A DNA stretch of 64,000 bases from an uncultured Clostridia bacterium (GTDB lineage Bacteria > Acidobacteriota > Aminicenantia > JBFLYD01 > JBBIMS01). Each line of letters starts with the position of its first letter. Positions within the stretch are counted from its first letter, which is position 1. This document shows positions 19,641 to 29,257 of the stretch, piece by piece. Location: assembly GCA_964531645.1 (NCBI GenBank), contig CAZHEF010000001.1:227750-291749 (forward strand), read 5' to 3'. A program made the translations under genes and the position numbers. Under the pieces are notes generated by a model. That model made no database searches and was not told where the DNA came from. It was given only the letters and a program-made list of their open reading frames with translations.

Positions 19641-20609
19641 ATGAAGAAAATTGTTATTTTTGGTATTTTATTTATCTTTCCTCTTTTGAGTATTTCATGC
19701 TCTAAAAAAGATAATTCATATCTTAAACTTTCTGGAATTATTGAAGGTAAAGAAATTGAAATTTCATCGAAAATTGCTGGAAGGATAAAGGAAATTTATG
19801 TTAATGAAGGAGACAGGGTTAGAGAAAATACTCTCATAGCTGTTATCGACTGTTCAGATTACGAGATACAGAAAAAACAAATTGAGGCTATCGTAGAATC
19901 TGCTTCAGCAAATCTGAGGCTTCTCGAGAAAGGTGCAAGGAACGAAGATATTAGAATGGCAGAAGAGGCATTTAAACAAGCAGAGGCAAATTTGAGAAGT
20001 GCGGAGAGGGATTGGATTAGAGCTAAAAGACTTATTGAAGAGAAGAGTATAACTGAAAAGCAATGGGAGGATGCAAGAACTAAATATGAATTTGCATTAG
20101 CCTATTTCAAACAGAGCGAAGAGAATCTTAAAAAAATAAAAAAAGGTGCGAGAGATGAGGAGATAGAACTTGCAAGGGCGAAGCTAAAAGAGGCAATGGC
20201 GGGTCTTGAAGCGGTCGAAAAGAGAATTAAGGATTGTGAGATTTTTTCTCCTTCTGACGGAATTGTATCACTAAAATTGAGGGAAAGGGGAGAAATCGTT
20301 AATATTGGAACTCCAATTTTAAAAATAATTGATACTGAAAAAGCCTATCTTTATGTTTACATACCCGAAAAGGAAATAGGATTGGTCAAGATTGGAGAGC
20401 TGGCAGAAGTAAGAATAGATTCATTTCCTGAAAGAAAATTTATTGGAAAAATTGTCTATATTTCTCCGGAAGCTGAATTTACTCCGAAGCAGATTCAAAC
20501 TGAGGATGAAAGGACAAAGCTTGTATTCAAGATGAAAATAGAATTGGAAAATAAAGAGAGTATTTTCAAGGTGGGAATGCCAGCAGATGCTTTCATAAAA
20601 ATAAAATAA
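19641..20609 (+). CDS. HlyD-family membrane-fusion (periplasmic adaptor) protein, YbhG-like
   Basis: Lipoprotein-like N-terminus (LLSISCSKK), coiled-coil middle and a beta-barrel C-terminus. ORF-track start is 19563; the internal ATG at 19641 is preferred. Confidence 0.8.
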   Translation: MKKIVIFGILFIFPLLSISCSKKDNSYLKLSGIIEGKEIEISSKIAGRIKEIYVNEGDRVRENTLIAVIDCSDYEIQKKQIEAIVESASANLRLLEKGARNEDIRMAEEAFKQAEANLRSAERDWIRAKRLIEEKSITEKQWEDARTKYEFALAYFKQSEENLKKIKKGARDEEIELARAKLKEAMAGLEAVEKRIKDCEIFSPSDGIVSLKLRERGEIVNIGTPILKIIDTEKAYLYVYIPEKEIGLVKIGELAEVRIDSFPERKFIGKIVYISPEAEFTPKQIQTEDERTKLVFKMKIELENKESIFKVGMPADAFIKIK

Positions 20610-20616
20610 AATCTCA

Positions 20617-21546
20617 ATGGAATTTGCAATTGAGATAAAAAATTTAGAGAAGAGATTTGGAAAGTTAGTAGCTTTAAAAAATTTAAATCTTCAAGTAGAA
20701 AAGGGAATTATTTTTGGTATTGTTGGTCCTGATGGAGCAGGGAAGTCTACATTATTGAAACTGATCTGTGGTTTACTACAGCAAGAGGAAGGAGGGATAA
20801 AAGTATTGGGGAAGAACATAAGAGAAGAATTTGATTTTATTAGAAAGAAGATAGGTTATCTTTCTCAGGAATTTAATCTTTATGAAGACCTTACAGTTGA
20901 TGAAAATATTGAATTTTTTGGAGAAATTTATAGAGTGAAGAATTGGAGGGAAAGAAGGGAGGAGATTCTTAAATTTACAAATTTAATACCATTCAGGAAG
21001 AGACTTGCAGAGAAATTATCGGGAGGGATGAAGAAAAAACTTGCCCTTGCTTGCACTTTAATCCATGAGCCAGAAATATTTATTCTTGATGAGCCCACTC
21101 TCGGAGTTGATCCAGTCTCAAGGATGGAATTGTGGAAAATTATATTTCAGCTTTCAAAAAGAGGTTTAACGGTAATTTTAAGCACTTCTTATATAGATGA
21201 GGCAGAAAGATGTAACAAAATAGCTGTTATGTATAATGGATGGATTCTTTATTCTGGGGAGCCTGAAAAATTCAAGAGAAAAATGGGAAGGATGATTCTT
21301 GAGATAACTGTTTCAGAGCCAATTAGAGCCTTTGAGATATTGAAAGCAAGCAATTTATCTGAAGATTTTAATATTTCAGGGGACAGAATAAGAATAATCT
21401 CAATTAATTTAGAAGATATAGAAAAAGAGATTTATAAAATCTTAGAACCCAATGGTATAAAAATTTTTGGGACTCGAGTTAAATTCCCTTCCCTTGAAGA
21501 TTCATTTGTTTCAATTTTAAAGGAGAGTAAAGTTGGAGAATTCTAA
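20617..21546 (+). CDS. ABC transporter ATP-binding protein
   Basis: Walker A GPDGAGKST, signature LSGGMKKKL, Walker B ILDEP. Confidence 0.9.
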   Translation: MEFAIEIKNLEKRFGKLVALKNLNLQVEKGIIFGIVGPDGAGKSTLLKLICGLLQQEEGGIKVLGKNIREEFDFIRKKIGYLSQEFNLYEDLTVDENIEFFGEIYRVKNWRERREEILKFTNLIPFRKRLAEKLSGGMKKKLALACTLIHEPEIFILDEPTLGVDPVSRMELWKIIFQLSKRGLTVILSTSYIDEAERCNKIAVMYNGWILYSGEPEKFKRKMGRMILEITVSEPIRAFEILKASNLSEDFNISGDRIRIISINLEDIEKEIYKILEPNGIKIFGTRVKFPSLEDSFVSILKESKVGEF

Positions 21547-22465
21547 TATAATTGAATGTTTTGAACTTACAAAAAAATTTGGGGATTTCACTGCGGTTGA
21601 CAGGGTCAGTTTCAGCATTTTAAAGGGGGAAGTTTTTGGATTTTTAGGTCCTAATGGAGCGGGAAAGTCAACTACAATAAGAATGATATGTGGTATACTT
21701 AAGCCAACTTCAGGAAAGGTTTATGTGGATGGAGATAATGTCTGGGAAAATCCTGAAAAAATAAGAAAAAAAATTGGATACATGTCCCAGAAATTCTCCC
21801 TTTACAACGATCTTACTGTTGAAGAGAACATAAATTTTTACAGTGGTATATATGGAATTTCAAAGGAAAAGCTCAAGGAAAGAAAAAATTGGATTATTGA
21901 AATGGCTGGGCTTCAAGGGATGGAAAAGTTAAAAACATCAGAGCTTTCGGGACCTTTTAAACAGAGACTAGCCTTTGGATGTGCATTAATTCATGAGCCA
22001 GAAATTGTTTTCCTCGATGAACCTACAAGTGGTGTGGACCCTATTTCAAGAAGGAAATTCTGGGAGAAAATATATTCCCTTGCTAAATCTGGTCTCACAT
22101 TTTTTGTGACAACCCATTTTATTGATGAGGCTGAAAATTGCCAGAATGTGGCTTTTATAAATAATGGAAGAATAACAGAAATTGGCTCTCCCCAGAGTTT
22201 AAAAGAAATTCTCAAGAAAAGGGAAGTTTATGAAATTGAATGCTCCCAATTGTTTAAAGCTTTTGCTCTGCTTGAGAAAAAAGGATGGGAGAATATATCG
22301 ATTTTTGGCAAGAAACTGAGGGTTGTGAGTAATGATTACGGCGAACTGGATAAAATTAACAATTTATTAACGAATGAGGGGATTGATATTCTTTCATCCG
22401 AAAAGGTTCTTCCTTCCCTTGAGGAAGTTTTTATTCATACTGTGAAAAAAGAAGACCATGTTTAG
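21533..22465 (+). CDS. ABC transporter ATP-binding protein (second ATPase)
   Basis: Walker A GPNGAGKST, LSGPFKQRL, Walker B FLDEP. Confidence 0.9.
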   Translation: MENSNIIECFELTKKFGDFTAVDRVSFSILKGEVFGFLGPNGAGKSTTIRMICGILKPTSGKVYVDGDNVWENPEKIRKKIGYMSQKFSLYNDLTVEENINFYSGIYGISKEKLKERKNWIIEMAGLQGMEKLKTSELSGPFKQRLAFGCALIHEPEIVFLDEPTSGVDPISRRKFWEKIYSLAKSGLTFFVTTHFIDEAENCQNVAFINNGRITEIGSPQSLKEILKKREVYEIECSQLFKAFALLEKKGWENISIFGKKLRVVSNDYGELDKINNLLTNEGIDILSSEKVLPSLEEVFIHTVKKEDHV

Positions 22466-23582
22466 ATCGATAATTGAGGTTTCAAAAAAAGAGTTTATCC
22501 ATCTCAAAAGAGACTGGAGATTTATGTTTGCGTTACTATTCATTCCTGCAATTTTATTAATTCTTTACGGATATGCTCTAAACTTTGATATTAAAAATGT
22601 TCCCTTTTCTGTGATTGATTTTGATAGGAGTAAGCTAAGCAGGGATTTTGTAAACTCCCTTAAAATTTCAGAGTATTTTAAACTGAAAAATTATTTGAAT
22701 GATTATCAAGAGGGGTTTTCCCTCCTTCAGAATGGAAAGATAGGCTTGTTGCTTGTCATTCCCATTAATTTCGAGAAATCCCTTGAAAGGGGGGAGAATG
22801 TTTATATCCAGAGTTTTATTGACGGTTCCAACTCTAATAAAGGGTCTATAGTTCTCGGATATCTTAATGCTTTTACAAATTACTTCAATCAAAAATCCCT
22901 CTTGAAAAGGTGGGGAATGTTAACAGGAAAAGAATTATCTCCCATTTCTTTGAGGGTTTATTATAATCAAGAATTGAAGACAACAAATTTTCTGATTCCC
23001 GGATTGATGGGTTTTATATTGATGATTACAACTGTTTTATCTACATCTCTATCCTTTGTCAGAGAAAAAGAAAGAAGAACCCTTGAGCAACTTTATGTTA
23101 CACCTTTGAACTCCCTTGAGTTTGCCATTGGTAAAATAACCCCCTACATTATTATTTCCCTTTTAGCTACTTCCATAATTGTTTTTTTTGCGAGATTCCT
23201 TTTTCAAATACAGATTAGAGGAAACAATTTTTTCCTCTTTGTTGCTACATGCATTTACATTTCCTGCACACTCCTGATGGGTTTTTTAATTTCAACTATT
23301 GCCGAGACCCAGAGAACAGCTTTTCTCTTTGCAGTTTTGACTTCCCTTCTCCCCTCTGTTCTTCTTTCAGGCTTTATTTTTCCTGTTGAAAATATGCCAA
23401 AGATAATTCAATTTTTTACATATTTTGTTCCAGCAAGATACTATATAAAATCAATCAGATACATAATTTTGAAAGGCGCTTCCTTCAGCTCTTTCTCAAG
23501 TCAGATTTTCTCTCTTCTAATCTTTTCTCTTTTTCTTTTGTTGATTATTCTCAAAAGAATGAAAATGGTGAAAGTAAAATGA
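22458..23582 (+). CDS. ABC-2 family permease (YbhS/YbhR-like)
   Basis: N-terminal TM, large periplasmic loop and a C-terminal 5-TM bundle. Shared GFIFPVENMPKIIQFF motif. Confidence 0.8.
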   Translation: MFRSIIEVSKKEFIHLKRDWRFMFALLFIPAILLILYGYALNFDIKNVPFSVIDFDRSKLSRDFVNSLKISEYFKLKNYLNDYQEGFSLLQNGKIGLLLVIPINFEKSLERGENVYIQSFIDGSNSNKGSIVLGYLNAFTNYFNQKSLLKRWGMLTGKELSPISLRVYYNQELKTTNFLIPGLMGFILMITTVLSTSLSFVREKERRTLEQLYVTPLNSLEFAIGKITPYIIISLLATSIIVFFARFLFQIQIRGNNFFLFVATCIYISCTLLMGFLISTIAETQRTAFLFAVLTSLLPSVLLSGFIFPVENMPKIIQFFTYFVPARYYIKSIRYIILKGASFSSFSSQIFSLLIFSLFLLLIILKRMKMVKVK

Positions 23583-24688
23583 AAAAGATTCTTTTTATAG
23601 TAGTGAAGGAATTTATCCAGCTCAGAAGAGATAGAATGATGTTTCCTCTTTTATTTATTGCCCCAATTTTACAACTGATAATTCTTGGATATGTTGCAAA
23701 CGTCGATGTTAAAAACATAAAGATGGGAATTATAGATATGGATAATTCCCTTTTGAGTAGAGAGTTGATAGAAAGCTTCCCTTCCTCAGGATATTTCATT
23801 AAAAGGGTTTCCTTTATTGATGTGAAAAGGATAGATAAATTGATTGAAAGGGGAGATGTATCCCTTGTATTATTTATACCCAAAGGATTAGAAAAAAATA
23901 TTTCAAAGCTCGATCATGCGAGGGTTCAGCTCATTATTGATGGAACAGACGCAACAGTAGCAACAATTGCGATGAATTATTCCTCCCAGATAATAAGTAA
24001 ATTTTACATGAAAAGCTCTGAAAAAATCCTGCCTTCCGATTTTGGTTGGATAGAGCTTCAAAGTAGGGTTCTTTACAATCCTGAGTTGAGGGGCTCGAAT
24101 TTTATGGTTCCTGCAATTATAACCTTGCTTATTACTCTAATAATCGGTGTTCTCTCATCAATGGCAATTGTAAGGGAAAGGGAAGGAGGAACCCTTGAAC
24201 AGCTAATTGTAACACCAATAAAACCATATCAGTTTATAATAGGGAAAGTAGCTCCATTTGTTCTGATTGCCTATCTGGACATTTCAATCATTACACTTGT
24301 TGCAATTTATTGGTTTGAAATTCCTGTTAAAGGAAGTATACCTCTTCTCTATTTATTTTCAGGTTTCTACATTCTTTATACAGTTGGTATTGGCGTATTT
24401 CTTTCAACAATTTCAAAGACTCAGCAGCAAGCAATGATTACTGCAATGTTCTTTATTTTCTTGCCTTCCATTTTACTTTCTGGATTTATTTTCCCGGTAG
24501 AAAATATGCCAAAGATAATCCAATTTTTTACTAATTTTGTTCCATTAAAGTTTTTCCTTGAGATTGTTAGAGGAATCTTTTTGAAAGGGAATGGTTTCAA
24601 AGAACTTTATGATGAAGCATCCTTCATATTTCTCTGGGGTTTAGCGGTTCTTTTATTCAGCTTTCTGCGATTCCGAAAAAAACTGTAG
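23579..24688 (+). CDS. ABC-2 family permease (paralog)
   Basis: Same architecture and the same SGFIFPVENMPKIIQFF motif as the upstream gene. Confidence 0.8.
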   Translation: MKKILFIVVKEFIQLRRDRMMFPLLFIAPILQLIILGYVANVDVKNIKMGIIDMDNSLLSRELIESFPSSGYFIKRVSFIDVKRIDKLIERGDVSLVLFIPKGLEKNISKLDHARVQLIIDGTDATVATIAMNYSSQIISKFYMKSSEKILPSDFGWIELQSRVLYNPELRGSNFMVPAIITLLITLIIGVLSSMAIVREREGGTLEQLIVTPIKPYQFIIGKVAPFVLIAYLDISIITLVAIYWFEIPVKGSIPLLYLFSGFYILYTVGIGVFLSTISKTQQQAMITAMFFIFLPSILLSGFIFPVENMPKIIQFFTNFVPLKFFLEIVRGIFLKGNGFKELYDEASFIFLWGLAVLLFSFLRFRKKL

Positions 24689-24737
24689 AGCCTAATAAAA
24701 TATCCAAAAATCTCGTATAATAATTCTGGAGGAAAAA

Positions 24738-26819
24738 ATGTGGAAAAGGATAATTTTATCAATTGTTAGTGTTTTTTTATTGTTTACTATTTCATCGGCA
24801 TTTACCATTGAAGGTATTATGAAAGCTCCTTTTCCATCAGGACTTGTCTCATTCAAAAGCAGGGATAGAGTTGCATGGGTTTTCAATATTGAAGGGAGAA
24901 GAAATATATGGGTTGCAGATGGACCGGAATGGACACCAAGAAAAATTACTAATTACGACCAAGACAACGGCATTGAAATTTCCCATCTTTCATTTTCACC
25001 AGATGGCTCAATAATTGTTTTTGTCCTTGGTGGTTCCCCCAACAGGCAGGGAGAGTTTCCAAATCCTACTTCAGATCCAAGAGGAGCAAAACAGGAGATA
25101 TGGGCTGTAAATGTTGAGGATGGAAAGACATGGAATCTTGGTGAAGGTTCAAATCCAGAGATATCTCCTCTTGGTGATATTGTTGCATTTTTGAGGCAGG
25201 GAAGAATTTATTACTCAAGCATTGATGGCTCAAAAAAATCCCTGTTGATGTTTTTTGCAAGAGGTAGAATTTCCAATTTTTCATGGTCTCCTGATGGTAG
25301 TAAGATTGCCTTTGATAGCGTGAGGGAAGATCATAGTTTCATTGGGATATTTGATTTAAAGGAAAATTCTATAAAATGGCTTTCTCCATCAATTGAGTTT
25401 GATTCAAACCCTGTTTGGTCTTCCGACGGTAGATACATTGCCTTTTTCCGATTCCCGGGAGGAGAAAGAAGGTCTTATATGACTGGAGGTTCTTCATTCT
25501 CTGTTACGGTTTGTGATGTTCAAGCAGAAAAATGCTTGGAAGCCTGGAGATGTCCAGATTCTTCTGGAGGCTTTGCCCAGAATTATCCAGCCAGTCCTAT
25601 TTTATGGGCAGGAGACAGGATTATTTTCTATTCCGAACATGATGGATGGCTGCATTTATATTCTCTTTCACCAAAGGGTGGAGATGCTATTTGCCTAACA
25701 CCTGGAGAGTTCGAAGTTGAAAATGTAGCGGTTTCCCCCGATGGAAAAACCATATACTTTAATGCTAATAAGAATGATATTGATAGAAGACATATTTGGG
25801 CAGTATCTCCTTCAGGTGGGGTTCTTCAGCAGATTACCTCAGGAAAAGGGATTGAGTGGAGCCCTGTTGTTTCCTCCTCGGGAAAATTTCTTATATATTT
25901 TTGTTCAACCGCTTATCAGCCCGCTTCTCCTGCGGTCTTAGAAATTTCCTCTAAGAAGCAAAAACTTATTTCCAGCCATTTAATTCCAAAGGAATTTCCT
26001 ATCAATGAACTTGTTGAGCCTCAGCAGGTTATTTTTAAATCTCCTGATGGACTCAATATTCATGGGCAACTTTTTCTTCCAAAGAACATTAAAAAAGAGG
26101 AGAAACTACCTGCGGTAATTTATCTCCATGGAGGTCCTATAAGGCAGATGCTCCTTGGATGGCATTATAGCTCTTATTATCACAATGCTTACGCTTTCAA
26201 CCAATTTTTAGCATCAAAAGGTTACATCGTTCTCTCGGTTAACTTCAGAAGCGGAATTGGTTATGGAAGAGCATTCAGGACTGCTCCAAATCAGGGTCCA
26301 AGGGGCGCTTCAGAATATCAGGATGTTGTTGCGGGAGCAAAGTATCTTCAGGCAAGAAATGATGTTGACCCCCAAAGAATTGGTTTATGGGGTGGCTCTT
26401 ACGGAGGATATTTGACAGCGTTAGGGCTTGCAAGGGATTCCGAAATTTTTTCTGCGGGAGTTGATCTCCATGGAGTGCACGACTGGTCATTGAGGGCAAG
26501 GAGAAGGGATGGAGGAGGTTGGGACATAAAAGAGGAGGAGTATAAAATTGCCTATGACTCTTCTCCAATTGCAGATGTCTATTTCTGGAAATCTCCTGTT
26601 CTTTTTGTTCACGGTGATGATGATAGAAATGTTGATTTTATTCAGACGACTATTCTTGCCCAGAAACTAAGGGAATTGAACAAAGCCCATTTTGAAATTC
26701 TTGTTATTCCTGATGAAGTCCACAGTTTTTTGATACATAAGAGCTGGATTGAAGTTTTCAAAAAATCCTTTGATTTCTTTGAGAGATTTTTAAAAGGAAC
26801 TGCAAAAGAGACTAAATAA
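24738..26819 (+). CDS. S9 prolyl-oligopeptidase-family serine peptidase with N-terminal beta-propeller
   Basis: Signal peptide. TolB-like repeats. GGSYGGY (GxSxG) nucleophile elbow. Confidence 0.8.
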   Translation: MWKRIILSIVSVFLLFTISSAFTIEGIMKAPFPSGLVSFKSRDRVAWVFNIEGRRNIWVADGPEWTPRKITNYDQDNGIEISHLSFSPDGSIIVFVLGGSPNRQGEFPNPTSDPRGAKQEIWAVNVEDGKTWNLGEGSNPEISPLGDIVAFLRQGRIYYSSIDGSKKSLLMFFARGRISNFSWSPDGSKIAFDSVREDHSFIGIFDLKENSIKWLSPSIEFDSNPVWSSDGRYIAFFRFPGGERRSYMTGGSSFSVTVCDVQAEKCLEAWRCPDSSGGFAQNYPASPILWAGDRIIFYSEHDGWLHLYSLSPKGGDAICLTPGEFEVENVAVSPDGKTIYFNANKNDIDRRHIWAVSPSGGVLQQITSGKGIEWSPVVSSSGKFLIYFCSTAYQPASPAVLEISSKKQKLISSHLIPKEFPINELVEPQQVIFKSPDGLNIHGQLFLPKNIKKEEKLPAVIYLHGGPIRQMLLGWHYSSYYHNAYAFNQFLASKGYIVLSVNFRSGIGYGRAFRTAPNQGPRGASEYQDVVAGAKYLQARNDVDPQRIGLWGGSYGGYLTALGLARDSEIFSAGVDLHGVHDWSLRARRRDGGGWDIKEEEYKIAYDSSPIADVYFWKSPVLFVHGDDDRNVDFIQTTILAQKLRELNKAHFEILVIPDEVHSFLIHKSWIEVFKKSFDFFERFLKGTAKETK

Positions 26820-26822
26820 ATA

Positions 26823-27443
26823 ATGCGATTAGGAAGAAAGATTGAGAGGATATTCTTAGCAGGTCTCTTTGCAACACTTCCCTTAATAATTACTTTTGTT
26901 CTTCTAAAAATACTTTTTGAGGCGGTTGATGGTCTTCTCTCTCCAGTTTTTCGAATAATTTTTAAAAGGAATATCCCCGGTCTGGGTCTTCTTTCAACTG
27001 TTCTTTTAATTTTCCTTGTGGGCTTCATGGTTAGAAACCTAATGGGAAGATGGCTTATTGGAAGAATTGAGGAGTTTATTTCAAAGATTCCTTTTATTAA
27101 AACCATTTATACATCAGCAAAACAGCTTATATTTTCATTCTCTCCTGAAAATAAAAAGGGCTTGAAAAGAGTGGTAGCAGTAAAGTTTTTCGGTGATAAT
27201 TACTCCATTGGATTCGTTACTAATGAGACAGTTATGATTATTGGTGGGGAGGAAAAGAAGGCATACTCAATCTTTCTTCCCACAACCCCATCTCCTGTGA
27301 CTGGATTTTATCTATTAATACCAATGGAAAGTGTAATTCATCTTGATCTTACTGTTGAAGATGCTATAAAAATACTTATATCCGGAGGAGCTGTCCTTCC
27401 CCAAAATTTTATTGAAGAGAAGATGGATTTAATTGAAAGGTAA
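26823..27443 (+). CDS. DUF502-family membrane protein
   Basis: 206 aa with two N-terminal TM helices. Resemblance to the DUF502 architecture. Confidence 0.6.
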   Translation: MRLGRKIERIFLAGLFATLPLIITFVLLKILFEAVDGLLSPVFRIIFKRNIPGLGLLSTVLLIFLVGFMVRNLMGRWLIGRIEEFISKIPFIKTIYTSAKQLIFSFSPENKKGLKRVVAVKFFGDNYSIGFVTNETVMIIGGEEKKAYSIFLPTTPSPVTGFYLLIPMESVIHLDLTVEDAIKILISGGAVLPQNFIEEKMDLIER

Positions 27444-27477
27444 GCTTAATTAAAATATAATTCTTTTTTGAAAGGAA

Positions 27478-29253
27478 TTGGATATGAAAAAAATAATTTT
27501 AATTTTGATTTTTTTCTTTTTAATTTCAAACCTTTTTTGTGCAATTCCAGTTTTTCCTTTAAAAGACATGAAGCCGGGACTAACAGGAAAAGGGAAAACA
27601 GTTTTTCAGGGGAGAAAGATTGAAGAGTTTGATGTAGAAATTCTTGGAATTCTGAAAAATCCAATACCCGGGAAGAATCTTATAATTGCAAGATTGAAAG
27701 GAGATATTATCCAGAAGACAAATGTTATTCAAGGGATGAGCGGAAGTCCTGTTTATATTGATGGAAAATTTCTTGGGACCATCTCCTATGCATTCCCATG
27801 GTCAACAGAGCCAATAGCAGGAATTACTCCTGCGGAAGATATATTCTCTATACCAAAGACTCAACCCCCTCCATCACCTTCTCGGAGTTTCATTCCTTTT
27901 AAAAAATCCTTAAGTCTTGAAGAGATTGAGAAAATTGCTTCTTCATTAAATGTATCTTCCTCTCTAAAAGGGATTTTCCATGAGACTCCAGTTCTGACCA
28001 ATTTTTTAAGCTCCTCTTCCTTAATAAAATCTCTTTTCTCATGGATGGGCCTTTCATCCTTTTCATTTCTTCCTGTAGATCAGGGAGAGAAGCTTAAAGG
28101 AAGATTTTTTGATGGCGATCCCATTGCAGTTCAGTTGATCAGAGGTGATTGGGATCTTTCAGCTGTTGGGACTGTATCATATGTGGATGGAGACTCCTTT
28201 TATGCATTCGGGCACCCTCTCTTTAACCTTGGACCTGTTGATTTCCCTGTTGCAAAAGCTGAGATAATAACAGTTGTTCCCAATCAGGAAGCATCTTTTA
28301 AACTTGCAACCATTGGCGATAGCGTTGGAAGATTAGTTCAGGATAGATACAGTGGCATCTTTGGAAAAATTGGTGAATCCCCCAATTTAATCCCATTAAA
28401 AATTGAGATAGATAAAGGGAAATCAGGGAAAAAGGAACTAAAATTTGAAATTGTTAATCAGAGATTCTTATCCCCACTACTTGTTTTAATCTCTATTTAC
28501 AATTCCCTTCTCAGTGAGTTTCTCGGCAATGAGTTGGAAGAAACAAATTTCCATGGAGATGTAACCATATCCCTTGATGGTGAAGTTGTTATTTCAGAAG
28601 GTAGGAATGTGAAGATTGAAGATTTTTTCTCAGGAGAGTCAGCGTTGTTTGATACTTCTGTGCTTCCAGCATCAGTCGTTTATTATCTTTTAAATAATGA
28701 ATTTGAAATTGTAAAGGTTCAGGATATAAAACTGAAGATTTCACTCTTTGAAAATTTTGATAGTGTGAGTATTGATAGAGTATGGGTTGAGGGGAATGAG
28801 GTTGAATCTAATAAAAATGTCAATTTAAAGGTTTTCTTGAAGACATGGAGAGGGAAGGAAAGAGTTGAGGAAGTTAGCCTTCCGGTTCCCAAGTTGAGGC
28901 CAGGAGAAGAGCTCGAGGTTATAATTGCTGATGCAGAATCCATGTATTACTTCGAGATAAAAACTTACAAGGGAGGGGTGATGCCAGGTAGTACGGATCA
29001 ACTTATCAGGGCTTTGAATAATTTGAGGAAAAATAACAGAATTTATTTCAAATTAAGGATACCTTCTGAAGCATCATTTTTAAAAGGAGAAGAGATCTCA
29101 TCAGTTCCTCTATTTTTTAAGTCAGTTATAGGCTCTTCAAGGGTTTCATCATCTCCAGTTCCTGTTTCAAGCTCAACATTAAAGGAATATCAGTATCCTC
29201 TTGATAAATTTGTTAAGGGATTTAAAGTGATAAACTTAAAAATAAAGGAGTGA
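27478..29253 (+). CDS. secreted SpoIVB-like (MEROPS S55-type) serine peptidase homolog
   Basis: Signal peptide. IQGMSGSPVYIDGKFLGTISYAF matches SpoIVB GMSGSPI...G.VTHVF. FYAFGHP and SGIFGKIG match the SpoIVB His-region and following segment. Confidence 0.55.
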   Translation: MDMKKIILILIFFFLISNLFCAIPVFPLKDMKPGLTGKGKTVFQGRKIEEFDVEILGILKNPIPGKNLIIARLKGDIIQKTNVIQGMSGSPVYIDGKFLGTISYAFPWSTEPIAGITPAEDIFSIPKTQPPPSPSRSFIPFKKSLSLEEIEKIASSLNVSSSLKGIFHETPVLTNFLSSSSLIKSLFSWMGLSSFSFLPVDQGEKLKGRFFDGDPIAVQLIRGDWDLSAVGTVSYVDGDSFYAFGHPLFNLGPVDFPVAKAEIITVVPNQEASFKLATIGDSVGRLVQDRYSGIFGKIGESPNLIPLKIEIDKGKSGKKELKFEIVNQRFLSPLLVLISIYNSLLSEFLGNELEETNFHGDVTISLDGEVVISEGRNVKIEDFFSGESALFDTSVLPASVVYYLLNNEFEIVKVQDIKLKISLFENFDSVSIDRVWVEGNEVESNKNVNLKVFLKTWRGKERVEEVSLPVPKLRPGEELEVIIADAESMYYFEIKTYKGGVMPGSTDQLIRALNNLRKNNRIYFKLRIPSEASFLKGEEISSVPLFFKSVIGSSRVSSSPVPVSSSTLKEYQYPLDKFVKGFKVINLKIKE

Positions 29254-29257
29254 GATA

